From NCBI GenBank assembly GCA_964371215.1, contig CAYJKU010000001.1, positions 172,412-236,411 on the forward strand: 64,000 nucleotides of DNA. Reading direction: 5' to 3'. Origin of the DNA: an uncultured Clostridium sp. (lineage in GTDB: Bacteria > Bacillota > Clostridia > TANB77 > CAG-508). Positions 11,022 to 20,518 of the stretch are shown piece by piece (position 1 is the stretch's first letter; each line of letters begins with the position of its first letter). Made by a program: the position numbers and the translations under genes. The notes beneath the pieces are model-generated. The model made no database searches. It was not told the origin of the DNA and worked only from the letters and a program-made list of their open reading frames with translations.

Positions 11022-12317
11022 ATGAGAGAAAAAAATAAAGGTATAACATTAATAGCACTTGTTATTACAATAATAGTATTAATAATATTGGCAGGAGTAT
11101 CAATAGCAATGTTGACAGGAGAAAATGGAATATTGACACAAGTGGCTGAAGCGACAAAGGCGACGGAAGAAGCAGAGATTGAAGAAAGAATAACTTTGGC
11201 AATAAATGGTAGTTACGATAATACAGGGAAAATAAATGTGGATAAATTAAAGGATGAATTAATAAAAATTCCTGGAATAACAAAAGAAGATGAAAGTGGA
11301 ATAATAAAAACAGATTTTCCGAATACATTACCATTTGAATTTAAAGTAGATGGATATGATGTCAAAATAACTTCAAGGTATGATATAGAAATAGACGTTG
11401 AACCACTGTATGTTGGACCAATAGGTGGAGGGACTTTTACGGATAAAGCAAATAAAACAGCATATGTACCTGAAGGAGGAGAAGTATCAAGTAAGGAAAC
11501 AGAAGATGAAATATCAGAAGGATTAGTAATGGAACTAGATAATAGTGAATATGTATGGGTAGAAGTTCCAAGAGAAATATTTATATCAGCAACTTCAAAT
11601 ACAGACTATGCAGAGATTCAAAATGATATATTAGGATATTTAACAGATAGTGGGAATACTATAAATCCAAGTAATTATAGACTGAAATCAGGAACAAATG
11701 CAAATGCAAGAGAAGCAGGAGATATTGAGTTAGCAGAGTCATGGTATAACGGTAATGGATTAACAGAAGAAGAATATGTAGAGTTGAAGGAAAATATATT
11801 AAATGGAATATATGAAAATAGTGGGTTTTGGATTGGAAGATATGAGGTTGGGAATCAATCAGATATAGCAGTAATACAGTATAATCAAACACCGTATACA
11901 AATCTAACATTAGCAGAATCTCAAGCAAAAACTAAGGATTTAAATGATAATGCAACATTAATGCTAGGTATACAATGGGATTTGACATTGAAATTTATGG
12001 AAGAAAAAGGATTAACAAAAGATGGTATTGATGTAGATTATGAAATGGTATTTAGAAATAGTGATTCTATAGGGAATTATAACGGAGTAAGAGCAAATAC
12101 TGGAGCAACAGAAAAAGCAACAGTGTTAAATATATGTGATCTAGCAGGTAATGTAAGTGAATGGACACTAGAAAGAAGTACGTCAGGATACTATATCTGT
12201 ACACTTAGAGGAGGAACAGCTAACTATTCGGGAAGTGTAATTCCGGCAGGAATAAGAACAAGTAATACAATAACTACTGCTCATCAGGATATTGGTTTTA
12301 GAGTTGTATTATATTGA
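11022..12317 (+). CDS. Prepilin-like N-terminus fused to a C-terminal FGE-sulfatase (SUMF1)/C-type-lectin-fold-like domain; probable surface protein
   Basis: MREKNKG/ITLIALVITIIVLIILAGVSIAML resembles a class III (prepilin) signal, but residue +5 is Ala. C-terminal motifs are FWIGRYEVG, GNVSEWTLE, LRGG and IGFRVVLY. Confidence 0.6.
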   Translation: MREKNKGITLIALVITIIVLIILAGVSIAMLTGENGILTQVAEATKATEEAEIEERITLAINGSYDNTGKINVDKLKDELIKIPGITKEDESGIIKTDFPNTLPFEFKVDGYDVKITSRYDIEIDVEPLYVGPIGGGTFTDKANKTAYVPEGGEVSSKETEDEISEGLVMELDNSEYVWVEVPREIFISATSNTDYAEIQNDILGYLTDSGNTINPSNYRLKSGTNANAREAGDIELAESWYNGNGLTEEEYVELKENILNGIYENSGFWIGRYEVGNQSDIAVIQYNQTPYTNLTLAESQAKTKDLNDNATLMLGIQWDLTLKFMEEKGLTKDGIDVDYEMVFRNSDSIGNYNGVRANTGATEKATVLNICDLAGNVSEWTLERSTSGYYICTLRGGTANYSGSVIPAGIRTSNTITTAHQDIGFRVVLY

Positions 12318-12397
12318 TATTTTTAGAGTATAAATGAAGAAGGAAGTAAAAGATATTAAAAAATATTGTAATTATAATTGGTGAAATAATTGATATG

Positions 12398-12692
12398 GAT
12401 AATGGATTTTCAAATATAAGTATGTAATTTAGAATATAAATAAGAAAATAAATTAGAAGAGTTAGGGATAAAACATAAATTAATAAAGCCCTATACTCCA
12501 AGACATAATGGAAAAGTAGAAAGAAGCCATAGAAAAGATCAAGAAAGATTTTATTATAAAAAAATATTTATAAGTTTAGAAGATTTAAAAAGTGCAGCAA
12601 AATATTGGATAAACGAATATAACAATTTTCCAATGAGACCACTCAAATGGCTAAGTCCAAAGGAAAAATATTTAGAATATATAGCAAGTTAA
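12398..12692 (+). pseudogene. 3' remnant of an IS481/IS3-type DDE (rve) transposase, frameshifted and 5'-truncated
   Basis: Frame 3 reads ENKLEELGIKHKLIKPYTPRHNGKVERSHRKDQERFYY...NNFPMRPLKWLSPKE, ending at the stop at 12690-12692. An upstream DNG-like piece (MDNGFS) is in a different frame. No start codon or N-terminal half is present. Confidence 0.7.
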
Positions 12693-12799
12693 AGTACATA
12701 AATAGCATATAATGTATTTCAAAGGTAGTAATAACAAGAAAGTGTGACATATGTTTGACAAACCTACACTTCTTCGAGTGAAGATTTTAACTAAAACTA

Positions 12800-12828
12800 T
12801 TGACAATAAAAAAAGATAAATATACAAT
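12800..12828 (+). promoter_or_regulatory. Sigma-A promoter TTGACA-17-TACAAT (copy 2)
   Basis: Same sequence as 10769-10797. Confidence 0.6.
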
Positions 12829-12870
12829 AATGTAGAAAATAGTTAAAACAAATGAAAAGAGGCAGATACT

Positions 12871-12978
12871 ATGAAAAAATATCACAGCCTAAGAGTAATT
12901 GACAAAAAAAGAGATAAAAAAGAAGCAAGATATAGAACAAGTTTAATTAAAGTCATAGATAACAGTGGCTTTGATTAG
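12871..12978 (+). CDS. Candidate 35-codon leader ORF, copy 2
   Basis: Identical to 10840-10947. Confidence 0.3.
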   Translation: MKKYHSLRVIDKKRDKKEARYRTSLIKVIDNSGFD

Positions 12979-12989
12979 ACTTGTTTTGT
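12936..12989 (+). terminator. Terminator/attenuator-like 17-bp hairpin (copy 2)
   Basis: Identical to 10905-10958. Confidence 0.45.
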
Positions 12990-13052
12990 TATAAATAAAA
13001 TTTAGAATTAAAATATGAAATTTATAAAAAAATAAAAGGAGATAATAGTTGC

Positions 13053-14546
13053 ATGAGAGAAAAAAATAAAGGTATAACATTAATAGCACTTGTTATTACA
13101 ATAATAGTATTAATAATATTGGCAGGAGTATCAATAGCAATGTTGACAGGAGAAAATGGAATATTAACACAAGCAATAAATGCGGGAGATGAAAGTAAAA
13201 AAGCAGAGGAAGAAGAAAAGTTAAGATTAGCATTAATAGAATATAAAGCACAAAAATATACAGATAATAAAGACTTAAAAGAATTTTTAGAAAGCCATAA
13301 AGATATATTATCAGTAGAAGGAGATACTGCACCATATACAGTAATAGTAGATGAATATCAAGTAGAAATAGATGTAAATGGAGAGTATGTTGAAAATGAT
13401 TTTCAGTTAGCAGGACCAAGACCAAAAGTGGAAAATATAAAAGTAACAATAGATGGAATAATAGAACCAACTAATGGAAGTTTGGAAGAAGGAACAACAC
13501 TACAAATAAACTTTGATACAAGTATAGAAAGTGGAACAATAAAATCAATTTCGCCACAATTGCCATACACAACAAATGGAACAGATAAAGAAATAGAATT
13601 TACAATAATAGGAACAGTAAATGGAGTAGATTATACAATAACAAGAAAAATATCAGTAGAAAATAAATATCGTGAATTATCAGAAATTGAAAAAGCAGCA
13701 TTGACATCAGAGATAGAAGTGTTCTCGACAATGGAAAATAGAGAAATAAGAGATGAATATAATAATAAAATTATGATTCCTGCAGGATTTGGAATAGCAT
13801 CAGACTCAGGTGTAAATGTAACAGAAGGTATAGTAATAGAAGATGCCGATAATGGAAATCAATTTGTATGGATACCGGTAGGTGATATAAATAATAATGG
13901 AACAAATGTAAACATACAATTATCCAGATATAAATTTGATGCAGATGGAGATGAAACTGCGATAGGATTACAAGAATCAGTAAATAATTATGGATATGCA
14001 GAAGAACAAATAGGAACAAAAGGAAATGCAGTAGCAAAAGATTTAGGAGAATTCATATCGAAAACAGAAGCTTCAGGAGGATATTATATAGCAAGATATG
14101 AGGCAAGTAATAATAATGGAGTGGTAGAAAGTAAAGGGAATAAAGAAGTATGGGGAAATATAAGTCAATTAGAAGCATCAACAAAATCAAAAGAAATGTA
14201 TAAAAATGAAGTAACATTTGCAAGCGATTTAGTAAATTCACTTGCATGGGATACAGCATTAGTATGTATACAAAAATTTACAGAATATACAAATTATTCA
14301 AAACAAGGAAGTGCAAATGAATTAAGGGAGAATACTGGATTATCAGAAGATCAAAAATTGAAAATATATGATATGGCATCAAATATATATGAATTAAGTA
14401 CAGAGACATATAGAGATTCAAATGACTCAGCTGTGATTAGAGGTGGGTATTATCGTATTACTACTAGTAAAACTGATTTTAGAGATCATCGAGATGCTAA
14501 TTATAGTAGTAATGATATAACTTTTAGAGCTATTTTATATCTATAA
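13053..14546 (+). CDS. Paralogous prepilin-like N-terminus with a variable middle region and an FGE-sulfatase/C-type-lectin-fold-like C-terminal domain
   Basis: The first 40 aa are identical to the 11022 gene. Later motifs are NQFVWIPVG, YYIARYEAS, NIYELSTE, IRGGYY and ITFRAILYL. Confidence 0.6.
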   Translation: MREKNKGITLIALVITIIVLIILAGVSIAMLTGENGILTQAINAGDESKKAEEEEKLRLALIEYKAQKYTDNKDLKEFLESHKDILSVEGDTAPYTVIVDEYQVEIDVNGEYVENDFQLAGPRPKVENIKVTIDGIIEPTNGSLEEGTTLQINFDTSIESGTIKSISPQLPYTTNGTDKEIEFTIIGTVNGVDYTITRKISVENKYRELSEIEKAALTSEIEVFSTMENREIRDEYNNKIMIPAGFGIASDSGVNVTEGIVIEDADNGNQFVWIPVGDINNNGTNVNIQLSRYKFDADGDETAIGLQESVNNYGYAEEQIGTKGNAVAKDLGEFISKTEASGGYYIARYEASNNNGVVESKGNKEVWGNISQLEASTKSKEMYKNEVTFASDLVNSLAWDTALVCIQKFTEYTNYSKQGSANELRENTGLSEDQKLKIYDMASNIYELSTETYRDSNDSAVIRGGYYRITTSKTDFRDHRDANYSSNDITFRAILYL

Positions 14547-14595
14547 AACTGAATTAAAAAGTTATTTATAAAAATGAAGTAGACTAATTAAAAAT

Positions 14596-14635
14596 AAATA
14601 ATACGGGCATCAAAATAGTGGTGTTCGTATTATTT
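14596..14635 (+). terminator. Possible intrinsic terminator
   Basis: Arms aaataatacg / cgtattattt with a long (20 nt) loop. Confidence 0.35.
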
Positions 14636-14767
14636 ATAGATAATAACAAAAAAGCTTGCCCCAAAAGGAGAAGATTTAATAGTGACAACTATGAAGATTA
14701 AATATATGTGAGTAGTATATATAAAAGACTAACTCATAAATTTAGATGAAGAGAAAAATATGGAAGT

Positions 14768-15271
14768 TTAACTATTTTTAATATACCATGACATAATTTC
14801 GACAAAATCACTTGTACACTTGTGTGGTGAAGTAGTTATTAAAGTATTTAATTCTTCAAGAGAAATATGTGAAATAGATTTTATTTCATCAGTATTTATA
14901 TTTAGAGGTCCATCATAGTTTAATATAAAAAGAGTAGAAAAAGATGAAATATTCATTTTATATGGGGAAAAAGACTCAATTTTTCTTAATGAATGATTTG
15001 TTATATTAAGTTCTTCGGATAGTTCCCTATACGCAGCTATTTCATAATCTTCTCCAGATTGTACATAACCTCCAACTGAAAATTCATAGCAATTAGGGCA
15101 ATAATTTTTTTTATCAGAACGTATTGGAATGATGAGTTTATTATCTTTTGAAAAAATTAAAATATGAATAACACGGTAGTTTTTAGTATCATTAGTATCA
15201 AGAAACTCTCTAGTTGTCTTTGCAACTACATTATCATCATTATCGACTAAGTCAATATATTCTATACTCAT
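14768..15271 (-). CDS. NUDIX hydrolase (Idi/YfcD-like subfamily)
   Basis: Nudix box GGYVQSGEDYEIAAYRELSEELNI. Confidence 0.8.
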   Translation of the reverse strand: MSIEYIDLVDNDDNVVAKTTREFLDTNDTKNYRVIHILIFSKDNKLIIPIRSDKKNYCPNCYEFSVGGYVQSGEDYEIAAYRELSEELNITNHSLRKIESFSPYKMNISSFSTLFILNYDGPLNINTDEIKSISHISLEELNTLITTSPHKCTSDFVEIMSWYIKNS

Positions 15272-15452
15272 AATATTATTTCCTTTCTATAATTTCTGTG
15301 GCAAGTCCTTATATGTATATTCTTTCTTAATATTATATCATATTATCAATTTTAAATAATATTATTTTATTAAAAATTAAAGATTATAATTCTTTTGAAT
15401 TTAAGAGGATTTAGATATTTCATATTTAATCTTAAAAAAACATTAAAAAGTA

Positions 15453-15481
15453 TTGCATTTAGTAGTAGTATCTGGTATAAT
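15453..15481 (+). promoter_or_regulatory. Sigma-A promoter for rpsB-tsf (TTGCAT-17-TATAAT, TGn extended)
   Basis: TTGCAT at 15453-15458, TATAAT at 15476-15481, preceded by tgg. Confidence 0.6.
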
Positions 15482-15591
15482 AGTGAGCGTATTAATCACA
15501 CAAATGGAGTTTTTAGGTAGTGCTTAAATAATTAAGTCCTGGAAAACGATGAAATTTGTGGAAGAAAATAACAAACAAGGAGGAATTTAAA

Positions 15592-16371
15592 ATGGCAGTA
15601 GTTGCAATGAAACAATTACTTGAAGCTGGTGTTCACTTTGGACATCAAACAAGAAGATGGGATCCTAAAATGGCGGAATACATATTCCAAGCTAGAAATG
15701 GAATCCATATTATCGATTTACAAAAGACATCTAAAAAATTAGATGAAGCGTATGCATTTATTAAAGGGCAAGCAGAAGAAGGGAATACAATATTATTTGT
15801 AGGAACTAAAAAACAAGCTCAAGAATGTATGAAAGAAGCAGCAATCAAATGTGGTATGTTCTATGTTGACCAAAGATGGTTAGGTGGAATGTTAACAAAC
15901 TTTGGAACAATCCAAAGAAGAATTAAAAGATTAAAAGATTTAGAAACAATGCAAGAAGATGGTACATTCGATATATTACCTAAAAAAGAAGTTATAATTC
16001 TTAAAAAAGAAATGGAAAAATTAGAAAAAAATCTTGGTGGAATTAAAAACATGGAAAAAATACCAAGCACAATATTCTTAGTTGATCCTAAAAAAGAAAG
16101 AATAGCTATATTAGAAGCTAAAAGATTAGGAATTCAAGTTGTAGGATTAGTTGATACAAATTGTAATCCAGAAGAATTAGATTATGCTATTCCAGGTAAT
16201 GATGATGCGATAAGAGCAGTAAAATTAATTGCTGATGTTATGGCAAATGCAGTTATTGAAGGAAAACAAGGTGAAAGTTTCGAAATGGAAGCTGAAACAG
16301 CAGTTGAAGCAGAAGTTAAAGAAGAAACAGTTGAATCTATTGAAGAAGTAGTAGCTGAAGAAAATAAATAA
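15592..16371 (+). CDS. rpsB: 30S ribosomal protein S2
   Basis: [34 protein letters not shown] lies 8 nt upstream of the ATG at 15592 (the track start at 15556 is upstream and lacks an SD). Confidence 0.97.
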   Translation: MAVVAMKQLLEAGVHFGHQTRRWDPKMAEYIFQARNGIHIIDLQKTSKKLDEAYAFIKGQAEEGNTILFVGTKKQAQECMKEAAIKCGMFYVDQRWLGGMLTNFGTIQRRIKRLKDLETMQEDGTFDILPKKEVIILKKEMEKLEKNLGGIKNMEKIPSTIFLVDPKKERIAILEAKRLGIQVVGLVDTNCNPEELDYAIPGNDDAIRAVKLIADVMANAVIEGKQGESFEMEAETAVEAEVKEETVESIEEVVAEENK

Positions 16372-16482
16372 TATAAGGAGGGCATATCTTGATTTTTAAT
16401 TAAATAAAATTTTTAGATATGTTCTTTGTATATATAAAATAGAATTTTATAAAATAAATTAAAAATATATAGGAGGATTAAA

Positions 16483-17361
16483 ATGGTTACAGCAAGTTTA
16501 GTAAAAGAATTAAGAGAAAAAACTGGTGCAGGAATGATGGACTGTAAAAAAATATTAACAGAGACAGATGGAGATATGGAAAAAGCAATTGAGCTTTTAA
16601 GAGAAAGAGGAATAGCAAAAGCGGCTAAAAAATCTGGAAGATTAGCAGCTGAAGGTATTGTTGAAGCATATGTTTCAGAAGATGGAAAAGTAGGAGCTGT
16701 TGTTGAAGTTAATTCAGAAACAGATTTCGTTGCGAAAAATGAAGAATTTAAAGCATTTGTTTTAAATGTAGCAAAACAAGTAGTTGAAAAAAATCCAGCT
16801 ACAGTTGAAGAGTTATTAGCTCAAGATTCAATTGAAGTACCTGGTAAAACAGTAAATGAAGTTTTAGTAGAAAAAATAGCTACAATTGGTGAAAACATGA
16901 ATGTTAGAAGATTCGAAAGATTTGAATCAGAAGGATTAGTTGAAAAATATATCCATGGTGATGGAAAAATAGCTGTTTTAGTTGATTTTTCTAAAGGTAA
17001 AAAAGAAGTAGCTAAAGATGTTTGTATGCAAATTGCAGCAGCTAAAGCTGAATTCTTAAAAAGAGAAGAAGTACCAGCAGACAGAGTTGAAAAAGAAATG
17101 GAAATATTAAAAGTTCAAGCTATGAATGAAGGAAAACCAGCTCAAATAGCTGAAAAAATAGTTCAAGGTAGAATTGGAAAATTCTATGAAGAAATCTGTT
17201 TAGTTGATCAAGCATTTGTTAAAAATCCAGATGTTAAAATATCTCAATTATTAAAAGATAGTGATAGTGATATAGTAAGATTTGCAAGATTTGAAAAAGG
17301 TGAAGGAATTGAAAAACAAGAATCAAACTTTGCTGAAGAAGTTATGAATCAATTAAAATAA
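16483..17361 (+). CDS. tsf: Elongation factor Ts
   Basis: LVKELREKTGAGMMDCKK and EVNSETDFVAKN motifs. Confidence 0.97.
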   Translation: MVTASLVKELREKTGAGMMDCKKILTETDGDMEKAIELLRERGIAKAAKKSGRLAAEGIVEAYVSEDGKVGAVVEVNSETDFVAKNEEFKAFVLNVAKQVVEKNPATVEELLAQDSIEVPGKTVNEVLVEKIATIGENMNVRRFERFESEGLVEKYIHGDGKIAVLVDFSKGKKEVAKDVCMQIAAAKAEFLKREEVPADRVEKEMEILKVQAMNEGKPAQIAEKIVQGRIGKFYEEICLVDQAFVKNPDVKISQLLKDSDSDIVRFARFEKGEGIEKQESNFAEEVMNQLK

Positions 17362-17379
17362 TATTATAGAAACCGAGGA

Positions 17380-17410
17380 ATAAATCATCAATTTGGTGGT
17401 TTATTTTTTT
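17380..17410 (+). terminator. Intrinsic terminator after tsf
   Basis: About 9-bp stem (ataaatcat / gtggtttat, with G-U pairs) followed by T7. Confidence 0.55.
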
Positions 17411-17563
17411 GTGTTTTAAATAATTACTAAAAATATATGAAAATAAGTTGGGAGTAGATAAAAATCTATATAATAAATTTATAAAATTATAAAAAAAGCT
17501 ATATTTTTTTATATCTTTATGATAAAATAGGGAAAGTTAAAATATAATATAAGGAGAAACAAA

Positions 17564-18271
17564 ATGTCAGAAGCAAAATATAAAAGAGTCTTACTAAAGT
17601 TAAGTGGAGAAGTATTAGCAGGAGAAAATAAATTTGGAGTAAATGTAGAAACTGTTGGTAAAATCTGTGATAAAGTCAAAGAAGTTGTTGAAATGGGAGT
17701 TGAAGTTGCAATAGTAGTAGGTGGAGGAAACTTCTGGAGAGGAAGAAATGGACACCAAATGGAAAGAACAACAGCAGATTATATGGGAATGTTAGCAACA
17801 GCTATGAATGGATTAGCATTACAAGATGCATTAGAAGCAAGAGGGTTATATTCAAGAGTTCAAACAGCTATTGAAATGAGAGAAATCGCAGAGCCATATA
17901 TTCAAAGAAAAGCAGATAAACACTTAAAAAAAGGAAGAGTTGTAATATTTTCTTGTGGTACAGGACACCCATTCTTTACAACTGATACAGGTGCAGTATT
18001 AAGATCTATAGAAATTAATGCAGATATTTTATTATTAGGAAAAAATGTTGATGCTATATATTCAGCAGATCCAAAAGTAGATCCAAATGCAAAAAGATAT
18101 GATGAAATATCTTATATAGAAGTATTAGAAAAAGATTTAAAAGTTATGGATTCAACTGCAATAGCAATGTGTAGAGATAACAATATGCCAATACAAGTTT
18201 TTGGTACTAATGATCCAGAAAATATTGTAAGAGCTGTTAAAGGTGAAAAATTAGGAACAATAGTTAAATAA
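17564..18271 (+). CDS. pyrH: UMP kinase
   Basis: [21 protein letters not shown] and [10 protein letters not shown] motifs. Confidence 0.97.
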   Translation: MSEAKYKRVLLKLSGEVLAGENKFGVNVETVGKICDKVKEVVEMGVEVAIVVGGGNFWRGRNGHQMERTTADYMGMLATAMNGLALQDALEARGLYSRVQTAIEMREIAEPYIQRKADKHLKKGRVVIFSCGTGHPFFTTDTGAVLRSIEINADILLLGKNVDAIYSADPKVDPNAKRYDEISYIEVLEKDLKVMDSTAIAMCRDNNMPIQVFGTNDPENIVRAVKGEKLGTIVK

Positions 18272-18284
18272 GGGGGAAATTAGA

Positions 18285-18833
18285 ATGGAATATTCAAATA
18301 TTAAAGAAAAAATGGGGAAAACAATAGATGTTTTCAATACTAAATTAAGTGAAGTAAGAGCGGGAAGAGCAAATCCAGCTATATTAAATAAAGTAAGAAT
18401 AGATTATTATGGAACACCAACACCAATAAGCCAAGTTGCAGGAGTATCTGTACCAGAAGCTAGACTAATAGTAATCCAACCATGGGATGCAAGTGTTTTA
18501 AAAGAAATAGAAAAAGCTATATTAGCATCAGATATTGGTATTAATCCAAATAACGATGGGAAAGTTATAAGATTAAATTTCCCAGAATTAAATGAAGAAA
18601 GAAGAAAAGATATAGTTAAAGAAATTAAAAAAATGGCAGAAGAAGCAAGAGTTGCTGTAAGAACTATAAGACGTGAAGGTATGGATGAAGCTAAAAAAGA
18701 ACAAAAAGATTCTGTAATAACAGAAGATGAATTAAAAGCAGCAGAAGCAGAAATTCAAAAAATGACAGATAGTAGTATAGGTGAAATTGACAAAATATTA
18801 GAAAATAAAGAAAAAGAAGTAATGTCTATATAA
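18285..18833 (+). CDS. frr: Ribosome recycling factor
   Basis: RAGRANPAILNKVRIDYYG and IRREGMDEAKK motifs. Confidence 0.97.
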   Translation: MEYSNIKEKMGKTIDVFNTKLSEVRAGRANPAILNKVRIDYYGTPTPISQVAGVSVPEARLIVIQPWDASVLKEIEKAILASDIGINPNNDGKVIRLNFPELNEERRKDIVKEIKKMAEEARVAVRTIRREGMDEAKKEQKDSVITEDELKAAEAEIQKMTDSSIGEIDKILENKEKEVMSI

Positions 18834-18854
18834 TATAGATTTTGGGGAAAATAA

Positions 18855-19772
18855 ATGGAATTCAAACAAGAACTAAAAAAGTATCAAGATATAGTAAATA
18901 AAGAAATAGGAAAATATAAAATTATAGAAGATAAAAGTCCAGAAAAAATGCTTAATGATTCTATAGAATATAGTTTTATTTCAGGAGGAAAAAGGCTAAG
19001 ACCAATATTGGTTTTAGCTACATATTCTTTATTTAAAGATGAAATTAATGAAGTGTTGCCATATGCTATAGCGATAGAAATGGTACATAATTTTTCATTA
19101 ATACATGATGATTTACCAGGAATAGATAATGATGATATAAGACATGGAAAACCAACAAATCATAAAAAATTTAATGAAGCAACAGCTATATTAGCAGGTG
19201 ATAGTTTATTAAATAAAGCATATATATTAATTAGTGAAGATTTAAATAAAGAAATGAGTAAGCACATAGATTGTGGAAAACAGAATATAAATTTAGAAAA
19301 GAAATTAAAAATATTTAATGAATTTGGGATAGCTGTTGAAAGAATGATTGCAGGAGAATATGTAGATACAGAGGTTGAAGGAACCAAAATAGACAAAGAA
19401 TGTTTGGAATATATCCATAAAAATAAGACAGGAGCATTACTTAAATTATCTGTGAGAATGGGAGCGATTCTATCAACAGATAATATAGATGATGTGGAAA
19501 GATTGACTAAATATGCAGATAAAATAGGTTTAGCTTTTCAAATAAAAGATGATATATTGTCTGAAGAAGGTGATGAAGAAACATTAGGGAAACCAGTAGG
19601 AAATGACAAAAAAATGGATAAGTGTACATATGTTTCTGAATATGGAGTAGAAAAAGCAAAACAAATTTTAGATGATGTAATAAATGAAGCAATAGAACAA
19701 ATTGAAATATATGGAGCTAAAGCAGAGTTTTTAAAACAATTAGCGATATATATAAAAAATAGAAATAAATAG
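18855..19772 (+). CDS. ispA: Short-chain (E)-polyprenyl diphosphate synthase (FPP/GGPP synthase)
   Basis: First Asp-rich motif LIHDDLPGIDNDDIRHGKPTNH. Second motif FQIKDDILS. Also GKPVGNDKKMDKCTY. Confidence 0.88.
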   Translation: MEFKQELKKYQDIVNKEIGKYKIIEDKSPEKMLNDSIEYSFISGGKRLRPILVLATYSLFKDEINEVLPYAIAIEMVHNFSLIHDDLPGIDNDDIRHGKPTNHKKFNEATAILAGDSLLNKAYILISEDLNKEMSKHIDCGKQNINLEKKLKIFNEFGIAVERMIAGEYVDTEVEGTKIDKECLEYIHKNKTGALLKLSVRMGAILSTDNIDDVERLTKYADKIGLAFQIKDDILSEEGDEETLGKPVGNDKKMDKCTYVSEYGVEKAKQILDDVINEAIEQIEIYGAKAEFLKQLAIYIKNRNK

Positions 19773-19787
19773 AAAAGAGTGTATGAA

Positions 19788-20501
19788 ATGGAATATGATA
19801 TGAATTTTCTACCAAAACATATAGCGATTATTATGGATGGGAATAGAAGATGGGCAAAAGAAAAATCAAGACCAGCAAGTTTTGGACACAAAGAAGGTGC
19901 AAAAACATTAGAAAAAATTGTTAGATATGCAAAAGAAATAGGAATAAAATATATAACAGTTTATGCGTTTTCAACAGAAAATTGGAAAAGAGCTGAAGAA
20001 GAAGTAAAAGCATTAATGTTATTACTTAGAAATTATTTAGATGATTATGCAAAAAAAGCAGATACTGAAAATACCAAAATAAGAGTTTTAGGAGATATAT
20101 CAGCATTATCTGATGACTTACAAAAAAGTATAAATAATTGTATGAAAAGAACTGAAAAAAACACAGGCATAACTTTTAATATAGCTCTTAACTATGGTGG
20201 TAGAGATGAAATTATAAATGCAGTAAAAGAAATTTCTACAAAAATTAAAAACGAAGAAATAGATATTCAAGATATAACAGAAGAATTAATATCAAATAAT
20301 TTATATACAAAAGGTGAACCAGATCCAGACCTGATGATTAGAACAAGTGGAGAATTAAGATTAAGCAATTTCCTACCATGGCAATTAGTATATTCTGAAT
20401 TCGTATTTGTTGAAAAAAATTGGCCTGATTTTGGAAAAGAAGATTTAGATGCCGCAATAGTTGAATATCAAAAGAGAACAAGAAAGTTTGGTGCAAACTA
20501 G
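19788..20501 (+). CDS. uppS: Undecaprenyl diphosphate synthase
   Basis: HIAIIMDGNRRWAK, ITVYAFSTENWKR and IRTSGELRLSNFLPWQ motifs. The start is ambiguous (GTG 19779, ATG 19788 or 19797). Confidence 0.93.
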   Translation: MEYDMNFLPKHIAIIMDGNRRWAKEKSRPASFGHKEGAKTLEKIVRYAKEIGIKYITVYAFSTENWKRAEEEVKALMLLLRNYLDDYAKKADTENTKIRVLGDISALSDDLQKSINNCMKRTEKNTGITFNIALNYGGRDEIINAVKEISTKIKNEEIDIQDITEELISNNLYTKGEPDPDLMIRTSGELRLSNFLPWQLVYSEFVFVEKNWPDFGKEDLDAAIVEYQKRTRKFGAN

Positions 20502-20518
20502 ACCAGAAAGGATAATTT

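Larger units (their letters stand above)
10738..11134 (+). repeat. Copy 1 of a 397-bp perfect direct repeat (promoter, leader ORF, hairpin, RBS and first ~38 codons)
   Basis: By eye it is base-for-base identical to 12769-13165 (offset 2031 bp). Identity ends at codon 38 (ttg vs tta). Confidence 0.9.
12769..13165 (+). repeat. Copy 2 of the 397-bp perfect direct repeat
   Basis: Identical to 10738-11134. Confidence 0.9.

Noticed and set aside
12298-12501. 67-aa minus-strand ORF in the region between the two paralogs
   Set aside because: It overlaps the plus-strand transposase remnant, its composition is low-complexity Ile/Leu/Phe, and it has no RBS.
11022-14546. Diversity-generating retroelement (DGR) targeting the C-terminal FGE/C-type-lectin-like domains of the two paralogs
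   Set aside because: DGR targets commonly use this fold. However, no reverse transcriptase gene is present in the window, and I could find no template repeat resembling either 3' end nearby. The two C-termini differ throughout, not only at adenine-templated positions.
11022-14546. Type IV pilus or competence pseudopilin operon
   Set aside because: Only the N-terminal ~30 residues are pilin-like, and the canonical Glu5 is replaced by Ala. The proteins are 431-497 aa with large globular C-terminal domains. No PilB/PilC/PilD/ComG-type genes flank them.
15482-15591. Autoregulatory rpsB (S2) leader structure
   Set aside because: The leader is about 110 nt and could fold, but I could not identify convincing conserved helices by eye. 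The described S2 leader motif is mainly proteobacterial.
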